A stretch of DNA of 64,000 nt from an uncultured delta proteobacterium. Its GTDB lineage: Bacteria > Myxococcota > Myxococcia > Myxococcales > Myxococcaceae. The stretch covers positions 736,001 through 800,000 of the forward strand of contig CAVZMH010000016.1 in NCBI GenBank assembly GCA_963776345.1, given 5' to 3'. The translations under genes were made by a program, and so were the position numbers. A model generated the notes under the pieces. The model saw nothing but the letters and a program-made list of their open reading frames with translations, searched no databases and was not told the origin of the DNA. Positions 1-10,500 of this stretch are shown here, one piece after another (position 1 is the first letter of the stretch; every line of letters starts with the position of its first letter).

Positions 1-1525
1 GGCTCACCAGCGAGCCCAGATCGACGATCTCGGTCTCGGACAGCGGCTCGGTGGCGCGCGCCCGGACCGCCGGGTCCGACTCCAGCGGATCGGTGACCGC
101 GTCTCCGCGGAAGAAGCCGGCGCACTGGCGGCCCAGCGCCTCCGAGGACCCGTCGAGCGGACGTGGCGCGAGCCGGATCAGGCAGCTCTGCAGCGTGCGG
201 GCGAACCGGGCCCGCTCCGCGGGCGTGCCGTGGAGCGCAGGAGGAAGCACGGGGGTGGGCGGCGGACCGTCCAGGTCGAGCAGCTCGCCGAGGAGCTGGA
301 TGTAGTCGCGGATGTGGCCCGAGGTGGTGAGCAGCAGCCGGCGGGTGGTGAAGTTCCAGCGGCCCGCCTGCGCGGCGCGGGACAGCTCGCGGTTGCGCGC
401 GGTCTGGACCAGGTCGGCGGCGAAGGAGACGAGGGCACCCCCGCCGCGGAGGCTCCGGTCCCTCTCCTCCGGCCGCTTCGACGGCTGGAGCCGGCGGATG
501 TCCGGATCCACGAACATCGCGGTGAGCGGCTTGAGCACCCCGGGGCGCCAGAACGCCTCGGACTGCTCGAGCGCCAGCCCGATGGGCGCGTTGTCGAACA
601 CGCCGCCGTCCATGAAGCGCCGCATGCAGATCTTCAGCGAGCGGCCGCCCTGCGCCGCCGAGTGCGACTGACAGCTCAACCCGGTGAGGGGCGTGGCCTG
701 CGGTCCCGGGCAGGTGCCCTCGGGCGCCTCGGGGTCCGGGCCACAATCGGCGGCGCACTCACAGAGGACGCGCGGGCGGAAGGCCACCGGGAACGCCGCC
801 GAGGCGAGCAGCGACTGGAGCACCACCTCGGGGTGGACGCCCGTCTTGCCCATCTCGGCGACGTCGGCCAGCGCCAGCCGGCTCTCGGTGGCGTCGAGGG
901 CGCTGGGCAGCGGCTGTCGCTCGAAGCGGACCTTTCCCCCCGGGTCGATGTCGAAGAACAGCGGGAGCACCGCGCGCTGCGAGGTGATGAGGAGCCCGCC
1001 CACGTCCTGCTCCAGCGGGTGGACGCGGGTGACGGTGAGACCCATCGGCAGCCGGCAGCGCGGCCTGAACTCCATCGCGCCCTGGAAGAGCGCCCGCCGG
1101 ATGTCGGTCAACACCGGCTCGAGCGCGGACGAGGCGAGCACCGCGTCGTCCGGCCGGTAGGCGCGCGGATCCTCGGGCAGGAGCGAGTCCAGCCCCACGT
1201 CCAGCCACGCGCTCCGGAGCAGGTTGTCGTCGATGCTGGAGCGCGCGGCGGAGGCATCGGTCTCGCAGTACAGCGCCGCGGCCAGCAGGGCGTTGACGCT
1301 CCCCGCCGACGCGCCGGTGACCCCCACCAGCCGTGGCCTGCGCCGGAGCAGCATCTCCCCCATCTGCGCGCGGAACACGCGCACCAGCGCCCAGTTCAGC
1401 CCGGCCTCGTAGCTGCCGAGGCTCACCCCTCCGCTGAGGGTGAGCGCGTAGCCGTCGTCCAGCCGGCTCCCATCCCTGTCCGGGGCCGCCGTCGTGAGAA
1501 GGGCGAGGGCGAGGGGCAGCACCAT
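1..1525 (-). CDS. Secreted patatin-like phospholipase (C-terminus runs off the window)
   Basis: Manual translation from ATG at 1525 gives the hydrophobic leader MVLPLALALLTTAAP, then SGGVSLGSYEAG, the nucleophile motif GASAG and FMDGGVFDNAP (DGG). No stop is reached within the window. Confidence 0.85.
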   Translation of the reverse strand, partial: MVLPLALALLTTAAPDRDGSRLDDGYALTLSGGVSLGSYEAGLNWALVRVFRAQMGEMLLRRRPRLVGVTGASAGSVNALLAAALYCETDASAARSSIDDNLLRSAWLDVGLDSLLPEDPRAYRPDDAVLASSALEPVLTDIRRALFQGAMEFRPRCRLPMGLTVTRVHPLEQDVGGLLITSQRAVLPLFFDIDPGGKVRFERQPLPSALDATESRLALADVAEMGKTGVHPEVVLQSLLASAAFPVAFRPRVLCECAADCGPDPEAPEGTCPGPQATPLTGLSCQSHSAAQGGRSLKICMRRFMDGGVFDNAPIGLALEQSEAFWRPGVLKPLTAMFVDPDIRRLQPSKRPEERDRSLRGGGALVSFAADLVQTARNRELSRAAQAGRWNFTTRRLLLTTSGHIRDYIQLLGELLDLDGPPPTPVLPPALHGTPAERARFARTLQSCLIRLAPRPLDGSSEALGRQCAGFFRGDAVTDPLESDPAVRARATEPLSETEIVDLGSLVS

Positions 1526-1692
1526 GCGCGCGGACCGTAAGCCTTCCGGGTGGTCGGCCGGTCGACTTTCTTGCTCCTGTCCCGGTCGCACCTGCGCCAC
1601 CTTCGGCGCTGCGGCGAGCGCGTTCGGACCCGGGGTGCGGTGATCACCCCCGCCGCCGGGAGCACCACACCGCCGCACCCGTCCCGGGCCGC

Positions 1693-1708
1693 TGGCACGG
1701 GTGCTGCT
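1693..1708 (+). promoter_or_regulatory. Putative sigma-54 (-24/-12) promoter
   Basis: TGGCACGGGTGCTGCT matches TGGCAC-N5-TTGC with one mismatch and lies just upstream of the GTG at 1722. Confidence 0.5.
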
Positions 1709-1721
1709 CCGTAACCGGGGT

Positions 1722-2372
1722 GTGAGCGCCCATGCTGGCCCCGTGGTGGTGGTCGATACCTCTCCCGAGCGCCTCCGCGCGACGGTGGCGGTGCTCCGTC
1801 ACGTCTTCGGGCCCGCATCCGTCCGGGGAACCACGGATCCCGAGGACGCCGCGGCGTGGATCGCGTGCGAGCGCCCCTCCGTGCTCGTCACCTGCGCCGA
1901 CACCACGCACGCCTCGGGCGCGTCCCTGGTGGAAGAGTTGCGCGGTCGCTGGGGACCCGTGCCCGTGGTGCTGACCCACGGACCCTCGTCCAAGGTCCTG
2001 CTTCCCCCGGTGGCCCACCTCCCCGCCCCGGTCGATCCGGTGCGGTTGCGTGAGGAGGTCGGGCGCTGGGTTCCGGGCGCCGGCGCGGGCACCATCGCCA
2101 CCACGCTGCTGTCCGAGGTGATGGCGCTGTACGCCCGCGCCGGCCGAACCGGCGTGCTCGACGTCCGCTCCCCGGCGCGCACCGGCTCGGTCTGGTTCGA
2201 GGACGGCGACGTGGTGCACGCCGCCTGCGGGTCGCAGACGGGGAAGACCGCGCTGTTCGAGGTGCTGTGCTGGAACGAGGGGCGGTTCAGCTTCCGCGGC
2301 GGGCCGGCCCCCACGCGCTCGCTCTCCGGCACCGTCCCGGAGCTGCTGGCCCAGGCCGACGCCGTTCCCTGA
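1722..2372 (+). CDS. Degenerate receiver-like domain + DUF4388 domain protein
   Basis: N-terminal REC-like VVVVD...PSVLV; C-terminal RTGVLDV..GSVWFEDGDVVHA..G..ALFEVLCWNEGRFSF typical of DUF4388. Start uncertain (1701 or 1722). Confidence 0.75.
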   Translation: MSAHAGPVVVVDTSPERLRATVAVLRHVFGPASVRGTTDPEDAAAWIACERPSVLVTCADTTHASGASLVEELRGRWGPVPVVLTHGPSSKVLLPPVAHLPAPVDPVRLREEVGRWVPGAGAGTIATTLLSEVMALYARAGRTGVLDVRSPARTGSVWFEDGDVVHAACGSQTGKTALFEVLCWNEGRFSFRGGPAPTRSLSGTVPELLAQADAVP

Positions 2373-2375
2373 CCG

Positions 2376-2807
2376 TCACTTCCGAGGCTGGGCCATGGCC
2401 TCGGCGACGGGAAAGGTCATCGCGCCCTTCTCCACCCACCAGCTGAGCACCTCGACCTCCAGGCGTCCGGCCTTCACCGCCGGATCGTCCTGCGCCAGCC
2501 GGCGGGCCTCCTCGAGCGGCGCGCGGTAGACGCACAGCCCGCGGAGCCGCGGGTCCGCCTGGTCGTCGAACGGACCGGCGACCACCAGCTTCCCGGCCCG
2601 GGCCATCGAGGTCAGGTGTGCGAGGTGCTGTCGCTGGAGCGCCTCGGGGTCGGCGACCTTGGCGCCCCCGTTCGCCGGGCGCTTGAGGATCACCAGGGTG
2701 TAGCGCTCCATGTTGGGCGGCATCTCCGACCCGGCATCCGGAGCGGCCGGCCCCGCGCCGATCAGCAGACTCGCGAGGGCGACTCCCCACCACGCCTGTG
2801 GCTTCAT
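2376..2807 (-). CDS. YciI family protein with signal peptide
   Basis: HLAHL..AGKLVVAGPF..RGLCVY..DPAVKAGRL; GGAGG RBS upstream of ATG 2807. Confidence 0.8.
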   Translation of the reverse strand: MKPQAWWGVALASLLIGAGPAAPDAGSEMPPNMERYTLVILKRPANGGAKVADPEALQRQHLAHLTSMARAGKLVVAGPFDDQADPRLRGLCVYRAPLEEARRLAQDDPAVKAGRLEVEVLSWWVEKGAMTFPVAEAMAQPRK

Positions 2808-2946
2808 CTCACGTCCTCCGGTGCTGGCTTCCACCACACCTCATCCTGTCCACTTACCCGTGGGTCGAGGCAGGGCTGCAGCCGCCGTGACCATTGTCGC
2901 TGTGGATGGTGGGGGCTACGGTGCCCCGCCCCTGGAGGGACCGGAG

Positions 2947-3840
2947 ATGGAACGACGGTGCTGGCTCCTGCTGGCGGCGCTCGGCGCGGGTTGCGCGACG
3001 ACCCCGGCCCCGGTCGCCGCGACCTTCACCTACGCCCCGCCACCGGGGACGCGCTACGTGCGCACCGTCCGGGTGGTCACCGAGACCAGCCTGGTCGGCA
3101 GCCCCTTCCGGCAGAAGGAGGAGCGGGAGTTCGTCTGGAACGTGGGGTTCGCCCAGGAGGGAGACCGCACGGTCGTCACCCACCAGCTTCAGCGGGTGGC
3201 GCTCCGGGTCAACGACGCCGAGCTGCTCGACGGCGAGCGCGTCCCCGGGAGCGGCCTGTCGGTGGACCTGGTGGTGAGCCGCGAGGCGCGGGTGGTCGAG
3301 GTGCGTGGCGCGGAGCAGGCGGCCGCGGTTCTCTCCAGCCTGCTCCGTCCGGGGATGGAGCAGAGCTCGCTGGACCTGGTCACCCCGGAGCAGGTGAAGG
3401 AGCTGGCGGTGGCGCGCTTCGAGATGGTGGTCCGTGACGTGGTCGGTCACCCCACGGCGCCCGGCTCGAGCTGGGCCGCGGCCGACCCGGACCCGACGGT
3501 GCGCACCAAGACGTTGACCGTGGACCGCATCGAGCCCTGCGGTGCTGCCCGTTGCGCCCGGGTCAGCGCCCAGTACGAGGTGAACCCGAGGGCGGCGGCC
3601 CGCCGGGCGATGCGCTCCGCCGCAGCGTTCCTCGCCCGCAACGGCGTGAACCCGGCCCGGGCCGAGGTGCTGGACGCGAGCCTCGAGTACCGAGACGAGC
3701 TGCTGCTCGAGCCCGGGACGCTGGTGGACCACGCGGCCAGCTTCTCGGAGACGGCGCGGGTGACGTTCGCCGGGCCGCAGGGGGATCCGATCCCCGTCGA
3801 GTTCCGGAGCACGCTCGAGCAGAGCTCGACGTTCCCGTGA
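2947..3840 (+). CDS. Hypothetical lipoprotein
   Basis: MERRCWLLLAALGAGC lipobox-like leader, GGAG/GGAGG upstream, coding-like GC3 bias. Confidence 0.7.
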   Translation: MERRCWLLLAALGAGCATTPAPVAATFTYAPPPGTRYVRTVRVVTETSLVGSPFRQKEEREFVWNVGFAQEGDRTVVTHQLQRVALRVNDAELLDGERVPGSGLSVDLVVSREARVVEVRGAEQAAAVLSSLLRPGMEQSSLDLVTPEQVKELAVARFEMVVRDVVGHPTAPGSSWAAADPDPTVRTKTLTVDRIEPCGAARCARVSAQYEVNPRAAARRAMRSAAAFLARNGVNPARAEVLDASLEYRDELLLEPGTLVDHAASFSETARVTFAGPQGDPIPVEFRSTLEQSSTFP

Positions 3841-3913
3841 CCGGCGCGCCGGAGCCGGCTCCGCGTGAGCCGGAGCGGGTCGAGCTGTCCACCGGCTGGG
3901 CGGACGTCGCAGG

Positions 3914-4140
3914 TCACGACGGGTCGCGCCGGTAGCAGATGTCCCCGGTGCCGCCGAGGATGCAGAGCCGCTCCGACCAGGTCCGCCCGTCCTTGCTCTC
4001 CTGCTCCAGCCGGAACGGACCGCCGTCGGGAGTGCCCCGGTCCGGGGTGAGGGTGAAGCTCGCGCCCTTCACCACCCACGCGCCGTCACCGCGGAAGCCG
4101 GACCCAGGACCCCGACCATCAGGACGAGCAGGCGTGTCAT
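3914..4140 (-). pseudogene. Possible small secreted-protein gene, frameshifted or remnant
   Basis: GGAGGG RBS and ATG give MTRLLVLMVGVLG; a protein-like continuation (FRGDGAWVVKGASFTLTP..WSERLCIL) lies in another frame. Confidence 0.3.
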
Positions 4141-4235
4141 CGGCCCTCCGCTGACCCCGGGGAGCCTGCCACCGGCGGGGCCCCGGCGGCCAGGCGCGAC
4201 GACGAGACGCTCTCCGGCCTAGGCTTTCGGCCCGC

Positions 4236-4862
4236 GTGCGGCGCGAGGACCGACTTCCGCTCATCCTGCTGGGGGTCGACCTCGTGGCCCTCGTCGTCTC
4301 CGGCATCCAGCCGAAGGACCGACTGACGTGGTGGCTCGAGGTGGCGCCGTTCCTCCTCGCACTGCCGGTGCTGCTCCTGACCTACCGCCGGTTTCGCTTC
4401 ACCGACCTGGTCTACGTCCTCGTCGCCGTGCACGGCTGCGTGCTCTTCCTCGGCGGGCACTACACCTACGCCGAGGTCCCGCTCGGCGTCTGGGCGCAGC
4501 GGGTGTTCGGGCTCGTCCGCAACGACTACGACCGGGTGGGGCACTTCTTCCAGGGCTTCGTCCCCGCGCTGGTCACCCGCGAGGTGCTGCTCCGCAGGAC
4601 GCCGCTGCGGCCTGGAGGCTGGCTCGCGGTGCTGGTGGTGTCGGTGTGCCTCGCGGGCAGCGCGCTGTACGAGCTGGTCGAGTGGGGCGCGGCGGTGACG
4701 CTGCACCAGGGCGCCGAGGCGTTCCTCGGGACCCAGGGCGACCCGTGGGACACGCAGGAGGACATGGCGACGGCGCTGGTGGGAGCCATCGTCGCCCTGC
4801 TCTCGCTCTCGCGATGGCACGACCGGCAGCTCGCCGCGCTCGGCAACGGCGCCCCGGCTTGA
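4236..4862 (+). CDS. DUF2238/YjdF family inner-membrane protein
   Basis: TWWLE, GGHYTYAEVP, RNDYDRVGHF, YELVEW, FLGTQGDPWDTQEDM. Confidence 0.9.
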   Translation: MRREDRLPLILLGVDLVALVVSGIQPKDRLTWWLEVAPFLLALPVLLLTYRRFRFTDLVYVLVAVHGCVLFLGGHYTYAEVPLGVWAQRVFGLVRNDYDRVGHFFQGFVPALVTREVLLRRTPLRPGGWLAVLVVSVCLAGSALYELVEWGAAVTLHQGAEAFLGTQGDPWDTQEDMATALVGAIVALLSLSRWHDRQLAALGNGAPA

Positions 4863-4987
4863 CGTCCTCGGGGGACTCCCGTTCGCCGCGCCTTCGACGT
4901 GACCCGCTGCACGATCGCAGCGAACCCACCTTCTCTCGATGCGAGCCGGAGCCTCCGTCGATCCGGGCGGCGATAGCGTCGCGGCGT

Positions 4988-5727
4988 ATGATCCTCTCCA
5001 CCGGCTCGCGCCGAAGTCGTCCTCGAGCGCTCCTGACCTCGACGGCCGTCCTCCTCGGCGGCTGCGCGGCGGTGTCGCCCCGGGTTCCGGGGCCTCGGCG
5101 GGGACCGGGAACGCCGTCGTCGTGCCACTCGAGTCCGGCGAGGGTCTCGAGCTCCTCGGCGCGCGGGCGGAGCCGGTGACCTACCAGGGACGGCGGGCGA
5201 TCCGCCTGGAACCGCTCGAGGGCGCGGCGCCGGGCAAGGCTTCGCTGGCGATCGTCCGTGACCTCCAGCTCGCAGATGGCGAGATGGAGCTCGAGGTCGC
5301 CGGAGCGCCTCGTCCGGGAGAGCGCGCGGACATGCGCGGCTTCATCGGACTCGCCTTTCATGTCTCCCCGGATGGCTCTCGCTACGAGAACCTGTACCTG
5401 CGGCCGAGCAACGGCCGCGCCGAGGACCAGCTCCGCCGCAATCATGCAGTCCAGTACCAGTCGTCGCCGGACTTCAGCTGGAAGCGGCTGCGCGACGAGA
5501 GCCCGGGGCAGTACGAGTCGTACGTGGACCTCCAGCCCGGCGTGTGGACGAGGATGCGGGTCAAGGTCTCGGGCACGCGCGCCGAGCTCTACGTCGACGG
5601 CGCCGAGCAGCCGAGCCTCATCGTGCGCGACCTGAAGCTCGGGGTGACGGGCGGCAGGGTGGCTCTCTGGACGGACCCGACGACCGAGGCCTACTTCCGC
5701 GACCTCCGGGTGCGCCGGGCGCGCTGA
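4988..5727 (+). CDS. Secreted/lipoprotein beta-sandwich (DUF1080/ConA-like) protein, frameshift near 5095
   Basis: Lipobox-like leader TAVLLGGC in one frame; body in the next frame (DGEMELEVAG..RGFIGLAF..YLRPSNGR..WTRMRVKV..ELYVDG..GRVALW..YFRDL). Confidence 0.65.
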
Positions 5728-5960
5728 CCGCCGCCTGCGACCCCGTCCAGCCCGGCGTGTGGACGAGGATGCGGGTCAAGGTCTCGGGCACGCGCGCCGA
5801 GCTCTACGTCGACGACGCCGAGCAGCCGAGCCTCATCGTGCGCGACCTGAAGCTCGGGGTGACGGGCGGCAGGGTGGCTCTCTGGACGGACCCCACCACC
5901 GAGGCCTACTTCCGCGACCTCCGGGTACGCCGGGCGCGCTGACCGCCGCCCGCGACTCCG
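5531..5960. repeat. 215-bp tandem direct duplication of a gene 3' end including its stop codon
   Basis: 5531-5745 versus 5746-5960; six substitutions counted by eye. Confidence 0.95.
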
Positions 5961-6126
5961 CCAGCCCACGGAACGGGTCCGGCCCGGTCGGTCGTCGAGG
6001 TTCGCCGGGTCGACCCTGACTCCGCTCCCGCGCTCCGCCCGGGGCGATCCGCAACCGTGCTGCGCCGCGGCGGCGCGCTAGGATTCGTCCCCTTCAGCCA
6101 GCGCGACGAAGGAGCGCGTTCCCGCC

Positions 6127-7596
6127 GTGGCCGAGTGGATTCCAGCCCTGTTCCTCGACCCCCGGAGCGAGGATCCGGTCTATCTGCAGATCGCCCACGC
6201 GCTGATGAAGGAGATTCACCGCGGCCGCTTCCGGCCCGGAGATTCGCTGCCTGGCTACCGCACCCTGGCCGAGCAGCTGGGGGTGAGCCGCAACACGGTC
6301 ATGTCGGCGTACCACGAGCTCCAGGTCGAGGGCTGGGTGGTCTCCGCGCCCGGTGAAGGGAGCGCGGTGGCGCGGAGACTCCCCGCGCATCTTCCTGGGC
6401 GGCTGCAGTCCCGGAACGAGGTGCCAAAGGCCGGCTCCGGGGCCATCGGCTTCACCCTCGGGCCCGAGCCGGCGCCGCCCACGGCGGGAGGCCGCAGCGG
6501 GATGCTCGAGGTGGCGAGCGGCGTCCCCGACCCGACGGCTCCTCCCGGGCGCGGCCCTCGCCCGCGCCTACCGGCGGGCGATCCTCCGGACCAAGGGCGG
6601 CCCGCAGAGCGGCGACCCCCAGGGTCAGCCGCAGCTCCGCGAGGCCCTCTCCCGGATGCTGAGGAACACCCGGGCCATCTCCGCGGCGCCGGAGCGGATC
6701 TTCATCGCCCGGGGCAGCCAGATGGCGCTGTTCCTCGTGGCGCAGGCGCTGGTCACCCCCGGGGACACCGTCGCGGTCGAGGCGCTGGGGGCACGGCGGG
6801 CCTGGGACGCCTTCGTCCGTGCCGGCGCGCGCTGTCTCCCGGTGGCCATCGACGAGCAGGGCCTCCAGCCGGAGGCCCTGGAGGCGCTGCTCGGCGAGAC
6901 GCCGGTGCGCGCGGTGTTCGTCACCCCGCAGCGGCAGTACCCCACCCTGGCCGTCCTCTCCGCGGAGCGCCGCGCGGGCTGCTTCAGCTCGCCACCACCC
7001 ACCGCTTCGCGATCATCGAGATGGACCCCGACTCCGAGTTCCACTTCGATGGCCGGCCGCAGGCGCCGCTGGCGGCCAAGGACGCGGCGCAGGTGGTGGT
7101 CCACGTGGGGACGCTGTCCAAGATCTTCAGCCCCGATCTCCGGCTGGGCTTCGTGGTCGGCCCGGCGCCGCTCCTGACCCGCATGAACGCCCTCCGCGCC
7201 ACCTACGACCGGCACGGCGACCCGGTGCTCGAGCGCGCCATGGCCGAGCTGATGGAGGATGGCGAGCTGCAGCGGCACCTGAACCGGATGGACCGGGTGT
7301 ACCGGAGCCGCCGCGACGCGCTCCTGGCGGGGCTGGCCGAGGCGATGGGCGACACGCTGACCATCGTTCCTCCCACCGGCGGCCTGGCCATCTGGGCGCA
7401 CGTCCGGGCCGCGGTGGACGTCGACGCCTGGGCCGCGCGAGCGCTGGAGCGCGGGGTCTCCTTCCAGCCGGGGCGACGCTTCTCCTTCGACGGGAGCGCC
7501 GTGCCGGGGCTCCGGCTCGGCTTCTCCAACTACCCGGAGCCGGAGCTCCAGGAGGTCGCCCGGCGGATGCGCTCGGCCCTGGAGGATCTCCGGTGA
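6127..7596 (+). CDS. GntR/MocR-family PLP-dependent transcriptional regulator, two compensating frameshifts
   Basis: wHTH YLQIAHAL..GDSLPGYRTLAEQLGVSRNTV; aminotransferase motifs GDPQG..GSQMAL, VTPQRQYPT (alternate frame about 6535-6975) and GTLSKIFSPDLRLG. Confidence 0.9.
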   Translation: MAEWIPALFLDPRSEDPVYLQIAHALMKEIHRGRFRPGDSLPGYRTLAEQLGVSRNTVMSAYHELQVEGWVVSAPGEGSAVARRLPAHLPGRLQSRNEVPKAGSGAIGFTLGPEPAPPTAGGRSGMLEVASGVPDPTAPPGRGPRPRLPAGDPPDQGRPAERRPPGSAAAPRGPLPDAEEHPGHLRGAGADLHRPGQPDGAVPRGAGAGHPRGHRRGRGAGGTAGLGRLRPCRRALSPGGHRRAGPPAGGPGGAARRDAGARGVRHPAAAVPHPGRPLRGAPRGLLQLATTHRFAIIEMDPDSEFHFDGRPQAPLAAKDAAQVVVHVGTLSKIFSPDLRLGFVVGPAPLLTRMNALRATYDRHGDPVLERAMAELMEDGELQRHLNRMDRVYRSRRDALLAGLAEAMGDTLTIVPPTGGLAIWAHVRAAVDVDAWAARALERGVSFQPGRRFSFDGSAVPGLRLGFSNYPEPELQEVARRMRSALEDLR

Positions 7597-10500
7597 GCGA
7601 GCAGCTCGCCCCGCTGGACGACCAGATCGAGCTCCGGGGGGTGCTGGGCGCGGGCGGGATGGGCGAGGTGCACCGCGGCTGGGACCGGCGGCTCGAGCGC
7701 GCGGTGGCGGTGAAGCTGGTGCGGGGGCAGGACGCCCGCGACGCCGAGCGGGTGCTGCTCGAGGCGCGGCTGCAGGCCCGGGTCGAGCATCCGCACGTCG
7801 TCAAGGTGCACGCGGTGGGCTCGCTCGAGGGCCGACCGTGCATCGTCTTCCAGCTGGTGGAGGGCAGGACGCTCGCCGAGGTCGCCCCGCGGCTCTCGGT
7901 GGAGGAGCGGGTGGAGCTGGTCCGCCAGGCCGGGCTGGGCCTCCACGCCGCGCACCTCCAGGGCCTGGTGCACCGGGACGTGAAGCCGGCCAACGTCCTG
8001 GTGGAGCAGTCGCGCGACGCGGGGCCGGTCGCGCTGCTCACCGACTTCGGGCTCGCCCGGGGCGAGGAGGCGGGACTGTCGCGGAGCGGGCTGCCGGCGG
8101 GGACGCTGGACTACATGAGCCCCGAGCAGCTCATCGCGCCGGGGCCGCCGGATTTTCGCTCGGACGTCTACGCGCTCGGGGCCACGCTCTACTCGGTCCT
8201 CGCGGGCCGTCCTCCATTCCGGAGGTCGGCCTCGCTCGGCACGCCCAGCACGGAGGCCGCGCCGGAGGTCGACCTGCTCCGCCGCATCCTCGAGGAGGAT
8301 CCCGAGCCGCTCACCCGCGCCGCCCCTGGCATCCCACGCGAGCTGGCGACCATCGCCGCCCGGGCGATGGAGAAGGACCCCACCGCGCGTTACCCGAGCG
8401 CCGAGGCGCTCTCGGACGACCTGGGGCGCGTGCAGCGCGGCGAGCCGATCCGGGCCCGACCCGCCTCCTGGGCGGACCGCGCGCTGAAGTGGGCGCGGAG
8501 GAACAAGCCGCTGGCCCGCGCGGTGGCGGTGGTCGCGCTCACTCTCCTGCTCGCCGGTGCCTGGACGGTGTGGAGCCAGCGACGGGCGGACCGCGCCGCG
8601 GTCGATGCGGCCCGTCTGGGGGCGCTCAGCGAGTCGCTGGAGGACCAGCTGCGGATGGAGCTCATCGGGCCTCCCCACGACCTTCGCCCCGCCCTCGCGC
8701 GCATCCGGCGCGAGGCCGAGCGGCTCCGGCCAGTCGCGGCGCGTGGAGACGGCGCTGCGAACGCTGCGCTCGGCAAAGCGCTCCAGCTGGTCGGCGATGC
8801 CGAGGGGGCCCGCGACGCGTACGAGCGGGCCTGGCGCTCCGGCTTCCGGACCCCTCGGGTCGCCGAGGGGCTGGGCGAGGTGCTGGGCGAGCTCTTTCGC
8901 CGCAGATACGACCGCGCCCGCGAGACCCTCGCGCCGGATGCCCGAGAGCCGGCGTTCGCGGCGCTCCGCAGCGAGCTGGGCCAGCCAGCCATGGCCTATC
9001 TCCGGCTGGGAGAGTCCTCGGGCTGGCGGGGGAGCGCTCTCGCGGCACGCGAGGCGATGGTCGAGCGCAACTTCACGGAGGCGCGGAAGCGGGCGGCGGA
9101 GGTGACCGCCGCCGATCCGGGCCGGTACGAGGCGTCGCTGCTCGCCGCGGACGCCTGGACTGCCGAGGCCCGTGACCTCGCGTATGCCCGCAAATTCGAG
9201 GAGGCCGAGGCCGGGCTGGTCGCCGCGTCCGAGCTGCTCGACCAGGCCACTTCGTGGGGGCGGAGCGATCCCGCGATCGGGCTGGCACGGGCGGAGCTCC
9301 ACACCGTCCGAGCGAACAGCCTGACCCTGCGGGGCCGCTCGCCAGAGACGGATCTCAGCGCGGCGCTCTCCACCCTGGACGAGGTGATCAGGCTGAACCC
9401 GGATGACCCGTTGCCGTACGTCCGGCGGGGCTTCGCGCTCAACCAGCGCGTCCAGTACCAGTTCATGAGCTCACGGCTTGCGCTGGGCACGACCCTCGAC
9501 GAGGTGATTCGCGCCTACCGACGAGCGCTCGAGCTCGGGGCCGGGGACGCCCGGACGCTCTGCCTGCTCGGCCAGGCCCTCTACTACCGCGCGTTCTGGC
9601 TCAACGACCTGGGACAGCCCTCGCTCGAGCCGGTCCGCGAAGGGCTGGCAGTGGTGGACCGGGCAGAGAAGCTCGCGCCGGAGGACTCGGAGGTGCCGTT
9701 CGTCCGTACGCTGCTCCACGCGATCGAGGCGGACGTGCTCGCGCACCAAGGTCAGCCGACGATCGAGGCCCGTCGGGCGGCGATCGCCGCGGGGGAGCGT
9801 GCGCTCCAGATGCACGCGGGACGAGGCGCGATCCTCCGTCCGGTCGTCGCCCAGCAACTGATGCTGGTGGGGACGGACACCTGGATGGCCGGAGAGGATC
9901 CTCGGCCCCACTTCGAGGCCGGGCGCAAGGCGTTCGAGGAGGTGTTCCGCACCCTGCCCGGCCAGCCGGCGCCGTTGGCGCAGTTCGCCAACGTCGTCGA
10001 CGTCGAGGCAGGAATTCTCCTGGCACTCGGCGAAGACCCCTGCCCCAAGCTGGAGGACGCCGTCGGCCGACTCGAGGAGGTGCTGAAGAAGACACCCGGA
10101 CTCGGGTTCATCGACGCCATGGTGGCCGAGCTGCTGGTGGACGAGGCGCTCTTCCGCGCGATGCAGGGCCAGGACCCCTCCTCCCAGATCGCGAGGACCA
10201 GGCCGGTGTTCGAGCGTGCCCCCGCCGACGTGAAGCAGGACATCAACTTCGTCGTGGCGCACGCGGCAGGGCTGGTCGCCGAGGCACGCTGGCGGACGGA
10301 CCGTGGCGAGGATCCGCTGCCCACGCTGGCCCGGGCCGAGGAGCACATCGGCACGCTCGGAGCGCGGTCGACCGACGACCGTGCCCAGGAATGGCTCTCC
10401 CGGGTCGCGCTCGAGCAGGCCCGCTGGCTCTCGCGTCGCGGCACCCGGACCGAGGGCGTGGCCCGTGGGGGTCTGGCGCACCTCGACCGCGTCCTGAAGG

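Noticed and set aside
230..1540. 436-aa + strand ORF and similar Arg/Pro/Gly-rich ORFs throughout the window
   Set aside because: These are shadow frames opposite genes with recognisable motifs (here the patatin gene).
5531..5960. Diversity-generating retroelement VR/TR pair
   Set aside because: Only two of six differences are at adenines, most coding changes are synonymous, and there is no reverse transcriptase in the window.
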